Source: Sphaerodactylus townsendi (lineage: Eukaryota). Taken from it: a stretch of DNA of 64,000 bases. A program made the translations under genes and the position numbers. The stretch spans positions 109,678,001 to 109,742,000 of the forward strand of contig NC_059428.1 in NCBI RefSeq assembly GCF_021028975.2. Reading direction: 5' to 3'. Below are positions 1 through 11,680 of this stretch, in pieces. Positions within the stretch are counted from its first letter, which is position 1; every line of letters starts with the position of its first letter. The notes beneath the pieces are model-generated. The model did not search any database. It was not told where the DNA came from and worked only from the letters and a program-made list of their open reading frames with translations.

Positions 1-450
1 AGGAGCAAATCCAATATAATACAAAACATAGGCTCCATCAATAAAACATCTTAAAATACATAAAAACAGCGGCTAACAATTAACAAATTAAACAAGAGGC
101 GCCCAAGGCTCAATTAAAACCCACCCCAAAAAGGGGGACGGCAGGCCCCTCAATATGCGGGGCTCTGTTGTACCAGTGCCAGAGCAAAGAGCAGTGGGGG
201 GCACCATAACAGCAGCTGGGCACTCCAAAGGCCCGGTGGAACAACACAGTCTTACAGACCCTGCGGAACTCACCAAGGGCCCGCAGGGCCCGGACAGTTG
301 GAGGAAGGGTGTTCCACCGGGCCGGGGCTAGCGCTGTAAAGGTCCTGGCCCATGTGGAGGCCAGCCGCATCATTGAGGGGCCAGGGACCACCAGCAGATT
401 GGCCTCTGCTAAATGCAGAGGCCGAGTAGGGACATATGGGGTAATGGCCA
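1..450 (-). mobile_element. L2-clade LINE 3' fragment (ORF2 C-terminus plus 3' UTR)
   Basis: ORF 110..466 NLLVVP...RTFTALAPARWNTLP...FRRVCKTVLF..AF is the typical L2 ORF2 end; related 3' UTR at about 33730-34030. Confidence 0.75.
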
Positions 451-2591
451 ATGCTGCACAAGTCACAGAAAAATTTGCAGAAAGTTTTCAATCTCCCCAA
501 TTTGTCCAAACTCGCTTCCTTGAAATGATTTCTGGCTGCCATTTTGTGTTCCATTTTTTTCTTTTGAAATCTCTGTGGAATCAATGCTTCAGGGCCTCGT
601 GCTGTGATCCCCCATAGCTTATGGAATCAAAGTTTAAAGATTTTACCTCCCAAAATAAAACAAAACCAGAAATGATGAAAGTAGACAGGTGTCTACTTTC
701 TAAAACCCATGAAGGAATGGAATTAGTTCAGCAATAAGATAGAAAATGACACCAAGAAGAAAGTCTGGGGATGGCAGAGAGGCACAGAAAACATTTTAAA
801 GAGTTTGCACAACCCTAACTGTGAAAACATTTGGAAAATGTTTAGCCAAAAGAATCACTAGAAAAGAGGATGCATTTAAAATGTTTTGAGGCTGCAAATA
901 AAATGTTGTGTGGTAAAAATCATGTGGAATTCCATGAAGGAAATGTTTTATTTCCTGCCTCAAAATATTTATTTTGGTTGTGCGGAAAGGGCTACCATCA
1001 TGCTTAGAACTGCATCCACCCCTGACCCACTTCATAAACGTTTTCTATCACCTTTGAGGGCCACTTCCTGCATCCCATCAGTCCTGACCTTCCAGGATGA
1101 GTTACCAAAAATCAGGATGTAAATGGGCAAAATCAGCATATGATATCTTAAATATCGACTTGAGGGGTGAGAAAATTGTTGTCAGTTCAGCTTTTGTGGC
1201 TGCATGAAATAAGATATGTCTATATTCGGAGACCTGTTTATCTTGGTTCTCACAGTGTCATTTCCAGCATTTGTTTTGAAGAAGTTGAAAATGAAAGGAG
1301 AAGTTCGGATGGAATAAAGTTGACCAGCTTTCTTAGGTTGTGCAACTCAGTAACTAGCAGTTTGAAGTTAGTTGATGTCAAGGAAGTTTTGGTTTTGATA
1401 TCAGGTGGGGTTATGCAAGTCTGAACATTTCCAGAAGCAATTCATGTCACACTTGCACAAGAACCTTCTTCCTCTTTTCAGGTGATGGTCCAGCCCAGCT
1501 AGGGGTGGGTGGGTGAAAAATGGAGGGGGGACGACGACAAAGAAGAGGCAGACAAGTGATGTGAAAGGACTTCAATCTAACCATAAAGAACATGTCAAGA
1601 TATCTATAATGACCCACAATGTAGAATGAAAGTGCTTGCTACCCCTCAAGGACTACTCTCCATTGTGTTCGCATTGTCATTAAAGAGTTATCTGCAGCAG
1701 CAATGGAATCTCCACATGGTTGGTGGTGGGGATTCTTTGAGATATACCCTCACACCTACCTACAAAAATCTGCAGCTGAGGAAAGGTCTGAGCAGAGCGT
1801 CCACATACAAGCAAAAAACCCTAAGTTGCGGTCCACAAGAGATATCCAAATATAAAGAGAGGAGAGTTTGAAAGCATTATCCCTCCCCAATTAATAAGCC
1901 AAGAGCAAGTATTCCTGAGGAGAATGTTTCTGGCTACTTCAGGGAGGTTCCACATGGGGGCATCTTTTGTAAGCTGCCTAGAAATGCTAGTATGAAGTGG
2001 GGTATGAATATAATAAAAAAAAAATCATGACCATTACATTACGCCAGTATCTTCTGCAGCAAGGACATAAAGTGTGGGGAACATTTATTCAATTTGAACC
2101 GCCATCTACCTGATGATTTTAATGGAACCCAGTGTTGTTTGAAGATGCGGTGTGTCATCGATACTTTAGGTCTGTTGCATGAAACACTTTGTCTGGGTTA
2201 GCTGCATAAAGGCTATAGCAGCCTTCATTAGTTCTACACACAGAGACCCAAAATATATAATATGTATGACATGAATTGGGTCTAGGAGTGCTGTGGGAGA
2301 CCTTCTACTGGCAGAGTTAATTGCCTGCTGCCAGTCCAAGAGGTAGCAGGAAGGGGGGAGGGGGAAGTCTGGAATCACCTGTGCCACTTCATCACTTCCA
2401 GGGAAAACCCAAAAGTGGGATAGGGAAGCACTAGGAATCACTAGAAATTCTATGGTTTTACCTGGCAATCCCAGTTGGGTCACTGATACCCAATCTGACT
2501 GGCAGTCACACACATGATTGGGGGTACTTTCCTTTAAGGTATTCAGTTGCTCCATTTAGCTTAGGAGCAATGTGGAAGGAGGGGCTTCAGG

Positions 2592-2814
2592 TAGTGTTGC
2601 CAACCTCCAGGTGGCACATGGAGCTCTTCACTATTACAATTGATCTCCAGATGACCATGATCAGCTCCCCAAGAGATAATGGCTGCTTTGGAGGAAGGAC
2701 TCTCTGGCATTGTCACCTGCTGCGGTCCCTCCCCTGCGCTCCCCAAACCCCATCCCCTCCAGGTTCTACTACCAAAATATCCAGGTATTTCTCAATCCAG
2801 AGTTGGCAACCCTG
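2592..2814. mobile_element. hAT (Tip100-like) non-autonomous element
   Basis: TIRs tagtgttgccaac / gttggcaaccctg; 8-bp TSD gcttcagg/gcttcaga. Confidence 0.7.
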
Positions 2815-3402
2815 GCTTCAGACTTCCCTCCCACACCATTTTTGCTAGCAGAAATAGCCATTGGGGGGGCTGTCTGCCCCACCTTCAGACTCCATGTGTC
2901 TTGGACTTTGCCTTTGCTTCTAAAGCAACATTAGATTATGGATAGTATTAAAAGGGAATCCAAGTTTCCTTTTGCAACCATTAACAGCAAGCTCCATGAT
3001 ATTGGGGCTTCCAGTCCTAGAAAAGAAACTGGTTGATAGAGGTTGCTAACCAGCAAAAGCGGAAAGGGTGCCTAGGACTCAGCCACATTGAACAAAGAGA
3101 AAATGGCTTACTGTCATGACTCAGAGGTCCTTACCTAGCCTCAAGGCCTATTATGGGTCTGTTGCTGGCCAACTATCCCTGAGACCTAATAGCCTAGCAG
3201 AGCCTAGCCCAGGCCTAACTCATGTTATAATAAAGTTCTGTTCTGTTTTTGTGCTGGGTACTGTGGAGTTATTACAACCATCTTAAACCTCTGGCAGTGA
3301 CCAAAACTTGTTAGAGATTCTCTCCTTTGTGTTTGTTTGACCATCTCTAAAAGGGACTGCCCCACATCTTGCAGCAATCAAGAGTGCCATTCATGGCACG
3401 CC

Positions 3403-3510
3403 TGAAATTAGTCAGAGAAAGTCAGAAATGTTGAAAAAGGGGAAACTTCTGGGCAAAGGAAGGAGGTGGGGACACTGTGAGAAATAACACCATGTGCACA
3501 CTGTATAAAA
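3403..3510 (+). promoter_or_regulatory. ACOD1 proximal promoter: TATA box with NF-kB-like, C/EBP-like and AP-1/IRF-like motifs
   Basis: TATAAAA 3504-3510; GGGAAACTTC 3440-3449; TGTGAGAAAT 3476-3485; GAAATTAGTCA near 3404-3414; E-box CATGTG 3491-3496. Confidence 0.6.
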
Positions 3511-3603
3511 AGGAGTCTTTTGTACTCTCTTACGATTCATCAGGATTTCTCTTTCACACAATTCCTGAGAAGGAGAAAAATTGCTGTTGGTGTTGGGGGC
3601 ACC

Positions 3604-3615
3604 ATGTGGGCAAAG
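3604..3615 (+). CDS. ACOD1: ACOD1 (IRG1, cis-aconitate decarboxylase) coding exon 1 (MWAK)
   Basis: gcaccATG TGG GCA AAG|gtacga: good upstream Kozak context, 12 coding nt, phase-0 donor that joins exon 2 in frame; about 95 nt below a TATAAAA. Confidence 0.8.
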
Positions 3616-4851
3616 GTACGACACTGAGTTATTTCTCTGAATAGAGGGAAAGAGATGGTGTGGCTTTTCTTTCAACAAGTCTGTGGGGGACGACTTGGAG
3701 GGTACCAATTGCTTCCAACATGAAGTACCTGAAGGTTAGCCAAAGGTCTGCTCAACAGTGTGAAATTCCAATTTATGGATGGTCCAGCCAAGGAGGCCAG
3801 TGAAGACAATCTTTTTTTCTAAAAGAGAGATGAAGGCAGTTAATCACAAGGCTGTTTATGTCCCCTGGGACACACCTGTCTTGTGCCACCTGAGCTAAAT
3901 TTACCTGTTGGGCCAGCAGCCCATCAAGGGTGTGACAAACTCTTGTTTTGGTTGCCCAAAGGCATGATACATGGCTGAGTTCATCTGGCTGGGTCAGAAG
4001 CTGTTCTGTTGCCTCTGGTTAAATAGGTGTGGCAGGTTTTTGAGGTGCTGGTGTGGTTGTATATGTATGTCCTGGGCAATGATGGCTCTTCCCTGTACAC
4101 TGTGGTTCCCTGCAAAAAAAATCTCCTTGTCTCCACTCTGACATGAGTGGCTGGAGAAGCAAGGCAAAAGGTAATCAGACTGAAAGTAGTTATTAAACTA
4201 CAGGTGTGAACATGAGGTTGACGGTCAGAATGTAGCAGGAAAATGAGCTGGAAGTGAGATGGGGTATTCTGTTCCTCAAGTAAAATTTTCTAGGTGCCCT
4301 GTACTCGGCCAGAACAGAGTGGGAGACTCAAGCGAAGGTGCAACAGTTCAAAAAAAGAGGTCTGACTAAAATAAAGTACTTGTTTGACTGGAACAGCTTG
4401 AAGCTTGAGATCTTGATTCTTTTTTGACTTCTTCCTAGAAAGTCCACTTTGTCAGTGCTTCCTCTTGGTTCCTTCAGTGTCCTCTATCTGGACCTCGCTT
4501 TCTGTACACCTTAACTTGATGCTCTATACCTTATACATCTCATACTATACACCTTAGACGTAACAGATATTACAGCCTTCCAGCTCCACTGGCACCTTAG
4601 ACTATAACTAACTGAACAGGAGCACTACTGGGTATTAAAAAGGGGACTGTAAGGCTGTTGCCTCTAGGGGGCTACTTAAAGGGACAGGGTCTAACTAAAG
4701 TTCCCCCCTTTAGTACACTAAAAAAAAAAAGGCACTAAACCCGTAACTAAAGGGACATAATAAGAAATAGTAAGAGCTTCTCTGGGGGCATGACATGGGG
4801 CATTTTGGATGACTGACAGATTGTGGTTTTTATTTTTTAATATTTTCACAG

Positions 4852-5013
4852 AATATTACTGGAAATTTTGCTAATGTGATTCATGGGCTGAAGGCCAGCC
4901 ACTTGACTGATGTGGTCATTCAGAGGAGCAAACGAATGATTCTTGATACCTTGGGAGTTGGGCTGCTGGGTACCAAGACAGACGTCTTCCAAAAAATGGT
5001 CCAGTACAGTAAG
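4852..5013 (+). CDS. ACOD1: ACOD1 coding exon 2
   Basis: ttttcacag|NITGNFANVIHGLKASHLTDVVIQRSKRMILDTLGVGLLGTKTDVFQKMVQYSK|gtacag; 162 nt; MmgE/PrpD-family N-terminus. Confidence 0.95.
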
Positions 5014-5928
5014 GTACAGTGACAGAAATGTGCACATCATGTATTAGGAATAACTAGCTTGAAAAAGCAAGTGTGGATCTTTGGTAATGGGTGAGAATCT
5101 CCCAAACATCACATTTAACTGGGCTGCAGATTCTGGTGTCATAGTCTGTTGCAACAAACACGAAAAGGAGTCTTGTGGCTTTTTCAAGACTAACAGTGTT
5201 ACTGATGCTGAAGTTTTCCCAGACTAGAGCCCACCTCATCTGATGTGTGGGGATGGGCTATGGCTCAGTGACAGAAAAACTGCTCAGCATACAGAAAGTC
5301 CCAAGTTCAACCCCCGGCATTTCCAGTTGAAAATATCAGGTAGCCCTAAGATAGACAGGTTAATTTAGGGAGGGGGGCATTGGTTGGTTGTACCTGCTGC
5401 ATGACATGCAGAGTGTCCCAGGATCATTCTCCAGCATCTCCAGCCAAAAGGATGAGGTTGGCTCATACTCTGAGTAGACAGCACTGATGTTAATGGGCCA
5501 ATGGTTTGATTCAGTCTAGGGCAGCCTCATGTGTTTTCATGAATTCGATGCTGCATGGAAGACATAATTGGGTCATATTCTTTGCTAAGAAGTCCAGCTT
5601 TGGAAGCCTGTATAAAACTACGTATGTCAACAAACATACCTGTAAATAATGCTAATTATTTTGCACAATTTATTTTACAATTTACTCTGTTCTCAAAGAA
5701 GGAGCTACTTACTGAGCACATTTCCCTCCCACCTCCCACCTTCCACTAGGCTCATAGTGGTGGTTGTCCCTGCCTCCATTTTACCCTCACAACAACAGCC
5801 CTGTGAGGGTAAGTCAATCTGAGAGAGAATGATAAGTTCAAGGCTTCCGCATCCCCCGCCCCAAGTTAGCTTCATGGCTGAGATCTGGAACCAGGTCTGT
5901 GAACCACACCAGCTATGCAAGACAATTG

Positions 5929-6170
5929 AAAGCCAAGGCATTGTAATGGTTAAAGTGCTGGGCTAGGATCTAAAAGACCTGTTTTTGAATCCCCACTCTG
6001 CCATGGAAGCTTGTTGGGTGACCTTAGGCTAGCCACACACTGTCTGCCTACCCTCACTGGGTTGTTGTTATAAAGACAAAATGGCAGAGGGGAGAACAAT
6101 ACAAGGTGCTTTGGATCTCCATTTGGGAAAGGAATTGTGATATAAAATAAGTAAATAAATCTATAAATAA
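5929..6170 (+). mobile_element. Older tRNA-derived SINE
   Basis: Pol III A/B-box head and (TAAA)n tail; related copies near 16355-16578, 19810-20010, 57100-57290, 59440-59640 and 60255-60627. Confidence 0.65.
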
Positions 6171-6584
6171 ATAGTCTGCCCTCTGGCAGCTGGAAATCTT
6201 ACTAAGCTCCCCCATGTCTTTAGCTGTCTCACCCAGCTTTCCATTGCTGGTAGAGACGATGCACGCGTTTGTTTTCTGTTCTTGCCAAACTGCCTGAGCA
6301 GACATGAACAGCTACAGACTGCCCATTGGTCAATACTGACTGAGCTAGCTGTTGAATCTGCCATACTATTTCATAATATTCTTGCCTTTAAGTGTGATCC
6401 TAGTACAAATAATATTAGATTCTTAGCCTTTGATTCCACGCAGCTCGCCACTGTAAAACTCAGGATTGTTTCAATAATGTGAGTCTCAGCTTCCCAAGTT
6501 CAAATACTCTGAAAATGCATGAAGTCATAATGTTGTTTTGTTTGATGCTTAAGTGCAAAATTAAGCTCTACCACCCTATTCCAG

Positions 6585-6674
6585 ACCTACAGTTCCGATA
6601 CATCCAGCACTGTTTGGGCTCACCCAGATATCCGGCTCCCTCCCCTGTATGCAACTTTTGTGAATGGAGTGGCG
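6585..6674 (+). CDS. ACOD1: ACOD1 coding exon 3
   Basis: ttccag|TYSSDTSSTVWAHPDIRLPPLYATFVNGVA|gtaaga; 90 nt. Confidence 0.95.
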
Positions 6675-7004
6675 GTAAGAACATTCTCTGAATGCTAAAT
6701 TACTTTGAGGGCAGGGGATCTCCTTTGAAGCTTGTAAAGAATTCAATAAACATAGAAAGTGAAAGCAAGAAAATCAAAAACTGGGATCCACTTAGCAACT
6801 TTAGGTAGATTCAAGGGTTAAGATGGCCAGTAAGGTTTTTCAAACCTTTTCCCATTGAATAGCATGACATCACATTGGAAACTGCTTAGAAAGCTCTCTC
6901 ATTGATGCAAAATTGGTTATCATCAAGAATGAAGAGGCATTGTTGAACAAAAAACACACAATTTCACTGGACAAAGTATGTAGCACACTCCTCTTTGTGA
7001 TACA

Positions 7005-7097
7005 ACTCTGAAGCTGCCAGCCACAGATGCAGGCAAAACGTTAGGAACAAGATTTACCAGACCACGGCCACACAGCCTGGAAAGCCACAACAACCAA
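7005..7097 (+). mobile_element. Penelope-like element terminal-repeat fragment with a degenerate hammerhead motif
   Basis: ctgaagctgcc...ggcaaaacgttagg...accagaccacggccacacag; same downstream segment at 53129-53210. Confidence 0.55.
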
Positions 7098-7714
7098 CAG
7101 CTTCACATGTATATTGAATTAGTGCAATTCTTTGTATCGCAACCAAAAATGATACAGGCATACATATGTACATTAGTTATTTTTTTAATTTAAAAAAATG
7201 TTCTTTTAAAAAACTTTTTTGTACATTCGTTAGTTGATGTTAGAACAAGGTTTTAATATTTTCTGTTGTGTCTCTGTGTGAGCTGAGCGAAGGAAAGCAG
7301 ATTAGTATCCTAAATACATAAACAAACATAGACTATCTTTCTGTGGTGGTGGAAAGTGCCATAATCCAGTCCTAACTTACGGAAATCCTATAGGGTTTTC
7401 AAGGCAAGAGACCTACAGAGGTGGTTTGCCATTGCCTGTCTCTCCTTAGCAACCCAGGACTTCCTCGGCGGTCTCCCATTCAAGTATTGACTATGATCAA
7501 CCTCACATACATTCTTAGATCTGATGAGGTTGAGGAAGCCTAGGACCGGGGACAGGTCATCTAGCTCAGGGCTGACAATCTCTTTACTACAGAGAAGAAA
7601 TATGCAACATTCACTTTTTAGCATTTCAGGCACCGGCACATCATTGAATATTGTACATTAAACATCAAATTCAACTGGATTTTACTGCATGAGCAAGCAA
7701 TGATTGCTATAGGG

Positions 7715-8354
7715 CAGGGGTCCCCAAACTTTTTAAACAGGGGGCCAGTTCACTGTCCCTCAGATTGTTGGAGGGCCAGACTAAAAAAAACTATGAACAA
7801 ATTCCTATGCACAAATGATTGTAAAATGTTTGATTTCACCTTTCAGCCTTTCTGTCATGGTCTATGTTTAGAACAGTGACCAAAGTATGTCAAGTACAGG
7901 GTGGGCTCCAAATATTGTTGGTGAGGCTGTGGAATACCTTCCCCTGTAAAAAAAAAAAGCAGAACTTTCCCAATGAAGCATTCCATCTAACCCAGGATCA
8001 GGTATCTTCCTGGGTTCTTTCCTCCCTAGCAGCCAGCGAGCGATTCGCCAGCCTGGCTGATGCCAATGGGAGTGAGGTGGAACAGAAACCCTGAAAGCAA
8101 CACATGAAGTAGCCGAGAGGGAAGGGCGGAGGAGGCGTTGCCACATGTAAGGTTTCCAACTCTGGGTCAGAAAATGTATGAAGATTTGGGGGTGTCATCA
8201 TGTAACTGCAATCAACAGCCGTTGGGGCCAGTTCCTCCTCTCCCTAGAGCCCCCACTGCACATGAATGGAGCCATTGCCGCCATGCCTGGCGGGCCGGAT
8301 AAATGCCTTCAGGGGGCCACATTTGGCCCCCGGGCCGTAGTTTGGGGACCCCTG
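7715..8354. mobile_element. hAT-Charlie non-autonomous element (OposCharlie1/OC1-like termini)
   Basis: TIR CAGGGGTCCCCAAACT / AGTTTGGGGACCCCTG; TSD ctataggg/atataggg. Confidence 0.8.
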
Positions 8355-8597
8355 ATATAGGGCAATGATAGTGCACTACCAGGGGATTTGTTGAGGGGAA
8401 TGGTGTAGATGCAGCACAATAGAGCTGCAGCAGAATGGAACTGGCAAAAGTCCACCCCTTTAGCATTAGCAGAAGTACCCTTTCACTCATGCAACAGAGA
8501 ACAGTTGGATCCAAGCCACACTCACCCACATATACACATTTTCAATATTTGATTTATAACCAGGGTATTTTTATTTGTTTGTTGCTGACCGAAAAAG

Positions 8598-8803
8598 GTT
8601 CACTCCATGGATTTCGATGACACATGGCATCCAACCACCCACCCATCTGGGGCCGTGTTGCCTGTTCTCCTAGCACTCTCTGAAGCTTTGCCTGAAAACA
8701 AGAAGGTTTCTGGCCTTGATCTCCTTTTGGCTTTTAATGTTGGCATTGAAGTACAAGGCAGATTGATGCACTTTTCCAATGAGGCCAGCAACGTCCCTAA
8801 GAG
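8598..8803 (+). CDS. ACOD1: ACOD1 coding exon 4 (catalytic His103 region)
   Basis: aaaag|VHSMDFDDTWHPTTHPSGAVLP...NEASNVPK(R)|gtatgt; 206 nt; overlaps ORF 8607..9020. Confidence 0.95.
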
Positions 8804-8995
8804 GTATGTTTTTTTGGATGGCCCTATTATGCAAAGAATGCTACTGTCTTCAGAGCAAGGAGGGTCTGAATGTTGGGTTCCGATCTGGCAGACTTGGGTG
8901 TGTGTGTGTGTCAATCATTCCAAAGGGACCTGGTTCACACATAAAGGAGAAGGAGCTGATAGAATGCATGTGTCATGTTTGACTAGGGATGGAGG

Positions 8996-9187
8996 CAGTG
9001 GTGGGATCCAAAAATTTTAATAACAGGTTCCAATGGTGGTGGGATTCAAACAGTAGCGCCGCCGCACAAATGCACCTTCAGTCCCTATTGGGCAGGGAGG
9101 TTGCTTTCGTAACCCCTTCTCGGCACTCAGAAAAAATTAGTAACCACTTCTAGAGAAGTGGTGAGAACTGGTTGGATCCCACCTCTG
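8996..9187. mobile_element. hAT MITE with CAGTGGTGGGAT termini
   Basis: TIR CAGTGGTGGGATCCAA / TTGGATCCCACCTCTG; perfect TSD GATGGAGG; partial second copy from 51606. Confidence 0.85.
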
Positions 9188-9653
9188 GATGGAGGCTTAT
9201 GGATATTTTAGTTCCTGTGTGTTAAATTTTTCCAGTAAAGAAAAAATCAGGTAAGATTTTGCTGGTGCTGTTTTCCTCTTTTCACAGAGCATTTTATGCA
9301 ACTGATAATTAAAAACTGGATCCAAGTCTGCAGTGGTGTAGCTCATCCATCTCCAACAGGGTGCCCACCAATTTGTTTTCTAACAACAATTTGCTTCTTG
9401 TCCAAGTCAAAGGTCAACCCTGGCTTCTTCTTCCCCCTCCTTTTTTGCCTGTGGGAAGCATCAATTTCCAAGCAAGTGCCTCCATCCTACAAGGATGCCT
9501 CAAATGGAACACCCAAATGTTGTCCAGGACTTCCCAGTATTATGTGAATTGCCCCCACCCAAATAAAAACTATTAAGTAGTTGGTCACAAGAGTCCACAC
9601 AACAGCCATTTTGCTGTGGGGCCCCCTCTTGTATCCCAGACTACAATCTCCAG

Positions 9654-10660
9654 TAGGGTTGCCAGGTGTCCCCTACTCCCCAGCCACTGGCAAGGGACTG
9701 GGAGGAGGGATAGAGTTGCTAGCACCAGACTGGGAAACTCTTGGAGATTGAATCCCCACTGAGAAATTAAGCTGGATACATCACGGTTCCAAAAGAAACA
9801 GCACCTTTTTCATCACGACTTCTCCCTCCCCACTGCAGCGTGTGTCTAATGAGACCTTGATGTTTATCGCGTTTAAAAGCAATGTAAACACACCCCACGA
9901 ACACATGATCTGCTCAGGTCTGTTTTTCCTTGTCCCGATTGGCTATTGTGTTGCATTGGGGCAGGAATGTTTTTAAACTTTTTTTTTCTGGGCAGCTACA
10001 TTGCTATGTAGGTGAGTAGGCAGAATTTCCTGCCTTCTGATTGGCTATTATGCTGGAGCAGGAACACTATTCCGCCGCTGATTGAAAATTCCTGTTAATC
10101 TTATTCTTGTTTTTACGTTTGAACATAGCCACGCATAAACAGTTTATCAAAATAATTGTTTCGTAGTTTCATATTTACGTTCCTTTGTAGCCATGCGCAC
10201 TGCACCAAAAAAAAGCTGCGCGCGCTCTGGCACAACCCACTGTGCTTTGATTGGCTGGAAGGTTCGAAGGGTGGGAACAATAAGCCGCATCTGTCCGGTT
10301 TCTCCCCACCGCATGATTGGAAAAAAAGGTGCACTTCAATGCAGGTTCCCCAAAAAACGCAAAATAAGGTGGGGAGCACGTGCCAGAAGAGAGATGAATC
10401 TATGTTCGGCACTTAAGTGGTGGAGAGTTCTTGCTTAAACGGTGTTTTTTCATGTGAATTTCATGTGATAAATTGACCGTGGGGAATCGGCCTGAGATTT
10501 GAGGGTGGAACCTGGGGAGGACGGGGACTTCAGTGGGGTACAGTGCTGTAGAGTCCACCCTCCAAAAGCATCCATTCTCTCCAGAGGAACTGATCTCTGT
10601 AGTTTGGAGATAAGAAGTGATTCTGAGGGACTCTCAAGTCCCACCTGCAGGCAGGCATCC
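9654..10660. mobile_element. Tip100-like hAT element interrupted by a roughly 740-bp PIF/Harbinger-like insertion (about 9750-10492)
   Basis: tagggttgccagg terminus; the hAT internal sequence resumes at about 10493; the insert has degenerate aatcccca../..tggggaatc ends. Confidence 0.5.
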
Positions 10661-11546
10661 CATATCTGGGCTCTGCCACCTCATTCTTCCCCAAATATGA
10701 GCCAAGCCTCAAACTCACTTCCTCATGTGAAAAACAAAAATCACTTAAGGATAAGCATCTTGCCAAAAAGATTTGTGTGTGTGTGTGTGTGGGGGGGGGG
10801 GGGAATACAAATGAAGCACTTTAAAATCCTACTGAAGATGTTTAAGTATGCTTTTAATTCTTAATGGGAGTTTTTAGAAATGGGTAGAAGACCATCTTTT
10901 GGGAAGTACACAGAAATGCTTTGTTGGAAAGGAAGAGGGATGTTGGGTCATCCATTTCTTTTAATATCTTCTCTGTGCTCATCTTCCATCTCTTATTTTA
11001 ATTTGTAATTGAATTTTTTTAATTGTTGCAATAAGTAGAAAGCATGACACAGCTAGAACATTTAACTTGGGCAAGTAGATTGCTTTTGATTTGAAAGTCA
11101 GATTGCTGAAGAATAAACACCCAAGCAACCCTTAATTGTGTCCTAATCCTGAGGGTAATTCAGTTTGCAGAACAGGAAAACTTTAAATTAGAGCCATCAA
11201 CTGATTAAATTGCTTTAGTATAATAAACTGACATATGATTTCAAATAATTCTATGCATTTAGGTAGGCTAAGAGCTGTTTTGACAGGTCGTTAAACTTTA
11301 TTGATTTTGTTTTGGCTGTTTCACTGCTTCTGTATATTTCAGACTTCCTTAAATAGCTTTCACTGTGGTTGTATTTTTAATTGAGGTATAAGTCTTACTG
11401 GGCTTGTTGGGTCAGCTATAGTGTGAGAATTAGTTCAGTGGATGTTTTGGATAAGCATACTCTGTGTTAGGTGATGATAAATGAAATTATTAAAAAGACA
11501 GCCAGTGTGTTACAGTGGGTGTGTAGTTCCTCTATGTCCTCTATGT

Positions 11547-11680
11547 CGTGGTGGCGAACCTTTGGCACTCCAGATGTTATGGACTACAATTCCCATCAGC
11601 CCCTGCCAGCACGGCCAATTGGCCATGCTGATGGGAATTGTAGTCCATAACATCTGGAGTGCCAAAGGTTTGCCACCACT
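11547..11680. mobile_element. Palindromic hAT MITE, sister subfamily
   Basis: gtggtggcgaacc...ggtttgccaccac foldback; produces the mirror ORFs 11481+ and 11510-. Confidence 0.8.

Noticed and set aside
3720-3734. Alternative ACOD1 first exon ATG AAG TAC CTG AAG|gttagc (MKYLK)
   Set aside because: The upstream gcaccATG-MWAK|gt at 3604 has better context, is the first ATG after the TATA box and has the 4-codon length that keeps human numbering
5250-5340. tRNA-like sequence with A/B boxes
   Set aside because: Degenerate, no intact cloverleaf; head of a tRNA-derived SINE
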